The notes under the pieces: generated by a model
Told to the model about the DNA's origin: nothing
The model's input: only the letters and a program-made list of their open reading frames with translations
Databases searched by the model: none
Source: a virus
Length of the DNA stretch: 64,000 bases
Direction: 5' to 3' (one strand)
Virus record (IMG/VR): IMGVR_UViG_3300021197_001898
Shown: one piece after another, positions 63,801-64,000 of the stretch
Layout of the letters: each line of letters begins with the position of its first letter
Numbering within the stretch: the first letter of the stretch is position 1
Program-made: the position numbers and the translations under genes

Positions 63801-64000
63801 AGTCTATAATGCTCTTTCATCCATTGTACGGTTTCCCACACACCCTCTTCGAGAGAGACAGTGTTTTTGTGATCTAGATCTCTTACCGACTTCGAAGCAT
63901 CAACGTGCTTATGCTTTGTTGTCAAGACTTCTCCATGCTCTCTGTAGTCCACCAAAGACGCATCTGCCTTTGTATATTTTACCAGAAGCTCAGCAAGATT
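63797..64000 (-). CDS. C-terminal fragment of a probable NAD-dependent epimerase/dehydratase (partial; absent from ORF track)
   Basis: Hand translation: NLAELLVKYTKADASLVDYREHGEVLTTKHKHVDASKSVRDLDHKNTVSLEEGVWETVQWMKEHYRL*. This matches the extended-SDR C-terminal pattern; ATGA overlap with the SGNH gene. Confidence 0.7.
   Translation of the reverse strand, partial: NLAELLVKYTKADASLVDYREHGEVLTTKHKHVDASKSVRDLDHKNTVSLEEGVWETVQWMKEHYRL

Larger units (their letters stand above)
1..64000 (-). other. Segment of a large T4-like (myovirus-type) bacteriophage genome
   Basis: T4 gp20-like portal, gp17-like terminase, gp6- and gp25-like baseplate genes, gp46/47-like nuclease and gp55-like sigma factor are all co-oriented, with very high coding density. 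Shine-Dalgarno sites (GGAGG/AGGAG), a sigma70 promoter and peptidoglycan-related domains point to a bacterial host. Confidence 0.93.

Noticed and set aside
338-63809. All other plus-strand ORFs and short nested minus-strand ORFs in the track
   Set aside because: Each lies within a longer, motif-bearing minus-strand gene and shows the Ser/Phe/Leu-rich composition typical of antisense frames.
1-64000. Stop-codon reassignment (code 15 or 4), as in some large phages
   Set aside because: Genes are full length in the standard code, and TAG, TGA and TAA all terminate genes at tight junctions.
50412-64000. Glycan cluster as host chromosomal capsule/LPS locus beyond a prophage boundary
   Set aside because: No integrase, att-like repeat, export genes (wzx/wzy/kps) or strand switch are seen. 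Gene overlaps run continuously into the phage sigma gene, and several enzymes are compact forms. Chimerism cannot be fully excluded without reads.
1-64000. Giant eukaryotic virus (NCLDV) origin, suggested by the Mre11-Rad50 fusion, J-domain and sugar genes
   Set aside because: The gp17-like terminase, gp20-like portal, gp6/gp25 baseplate, SD sites and sigma70 promoter indicate a tailed bacteriophage.
1-64000. tRNA/ncRNA genes or intrinsic terminators
   Set aside because: The largest intergenic gap is 53 nt, and none shows a cloverleaf or a strong GC hairpin with a U-tract. This was not tested computationally.

Overview
The window is a 64-kb segment of a large, T4-like contractile-tailed dsDNA bacteriophage genome. 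All credible genes are on the minus strand, tightly packed (many ATGA/TAATG overlaps) and read in the standard code. In transcription order (right to left) there are five blocks. (1) A cluster of at least 13.6 kb and 18 genes for sugar synthesis, transfer and decoration: NeuA, a short NeuB, UDP-GlcNAc 2-epimerase, UDP-sugar dehydrogenase, epimerases, glycosyltransferases, two formyltransferases, two sulfotransferase-like proteins, two deacetylase-like proteins and an SGNH hydrolase. It runs off the right edge. (2) A small regulatory group: an FmdB zinc ribbon and a gp55-like sigma factor. (3) A tail/baseplate block: an M15 peptidase, an HxH spike, 2765-aa and 3584-aa giant proteins, gp25- and gp6-like wedge proteins, and repeat-containing structural proteins. 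(4) A J-domain protein, RuvC-like resolvase, primase and a fused Mre11-Rad50 (gp47-gp46). (5) A holin/spanin-like cassette, large terminase and a gp20-like portal. The portal runs off the left edge and is missing from the ORF track. A near-consensus sigma70 promoter and a recurrent CTAHTTA motif (candidate late promoter) occupy the few intergenic gaps. I saw no tRNA, CRISPR array, intein or mobile element. All functional calls come from motif recognition by eye; no database searches were run.
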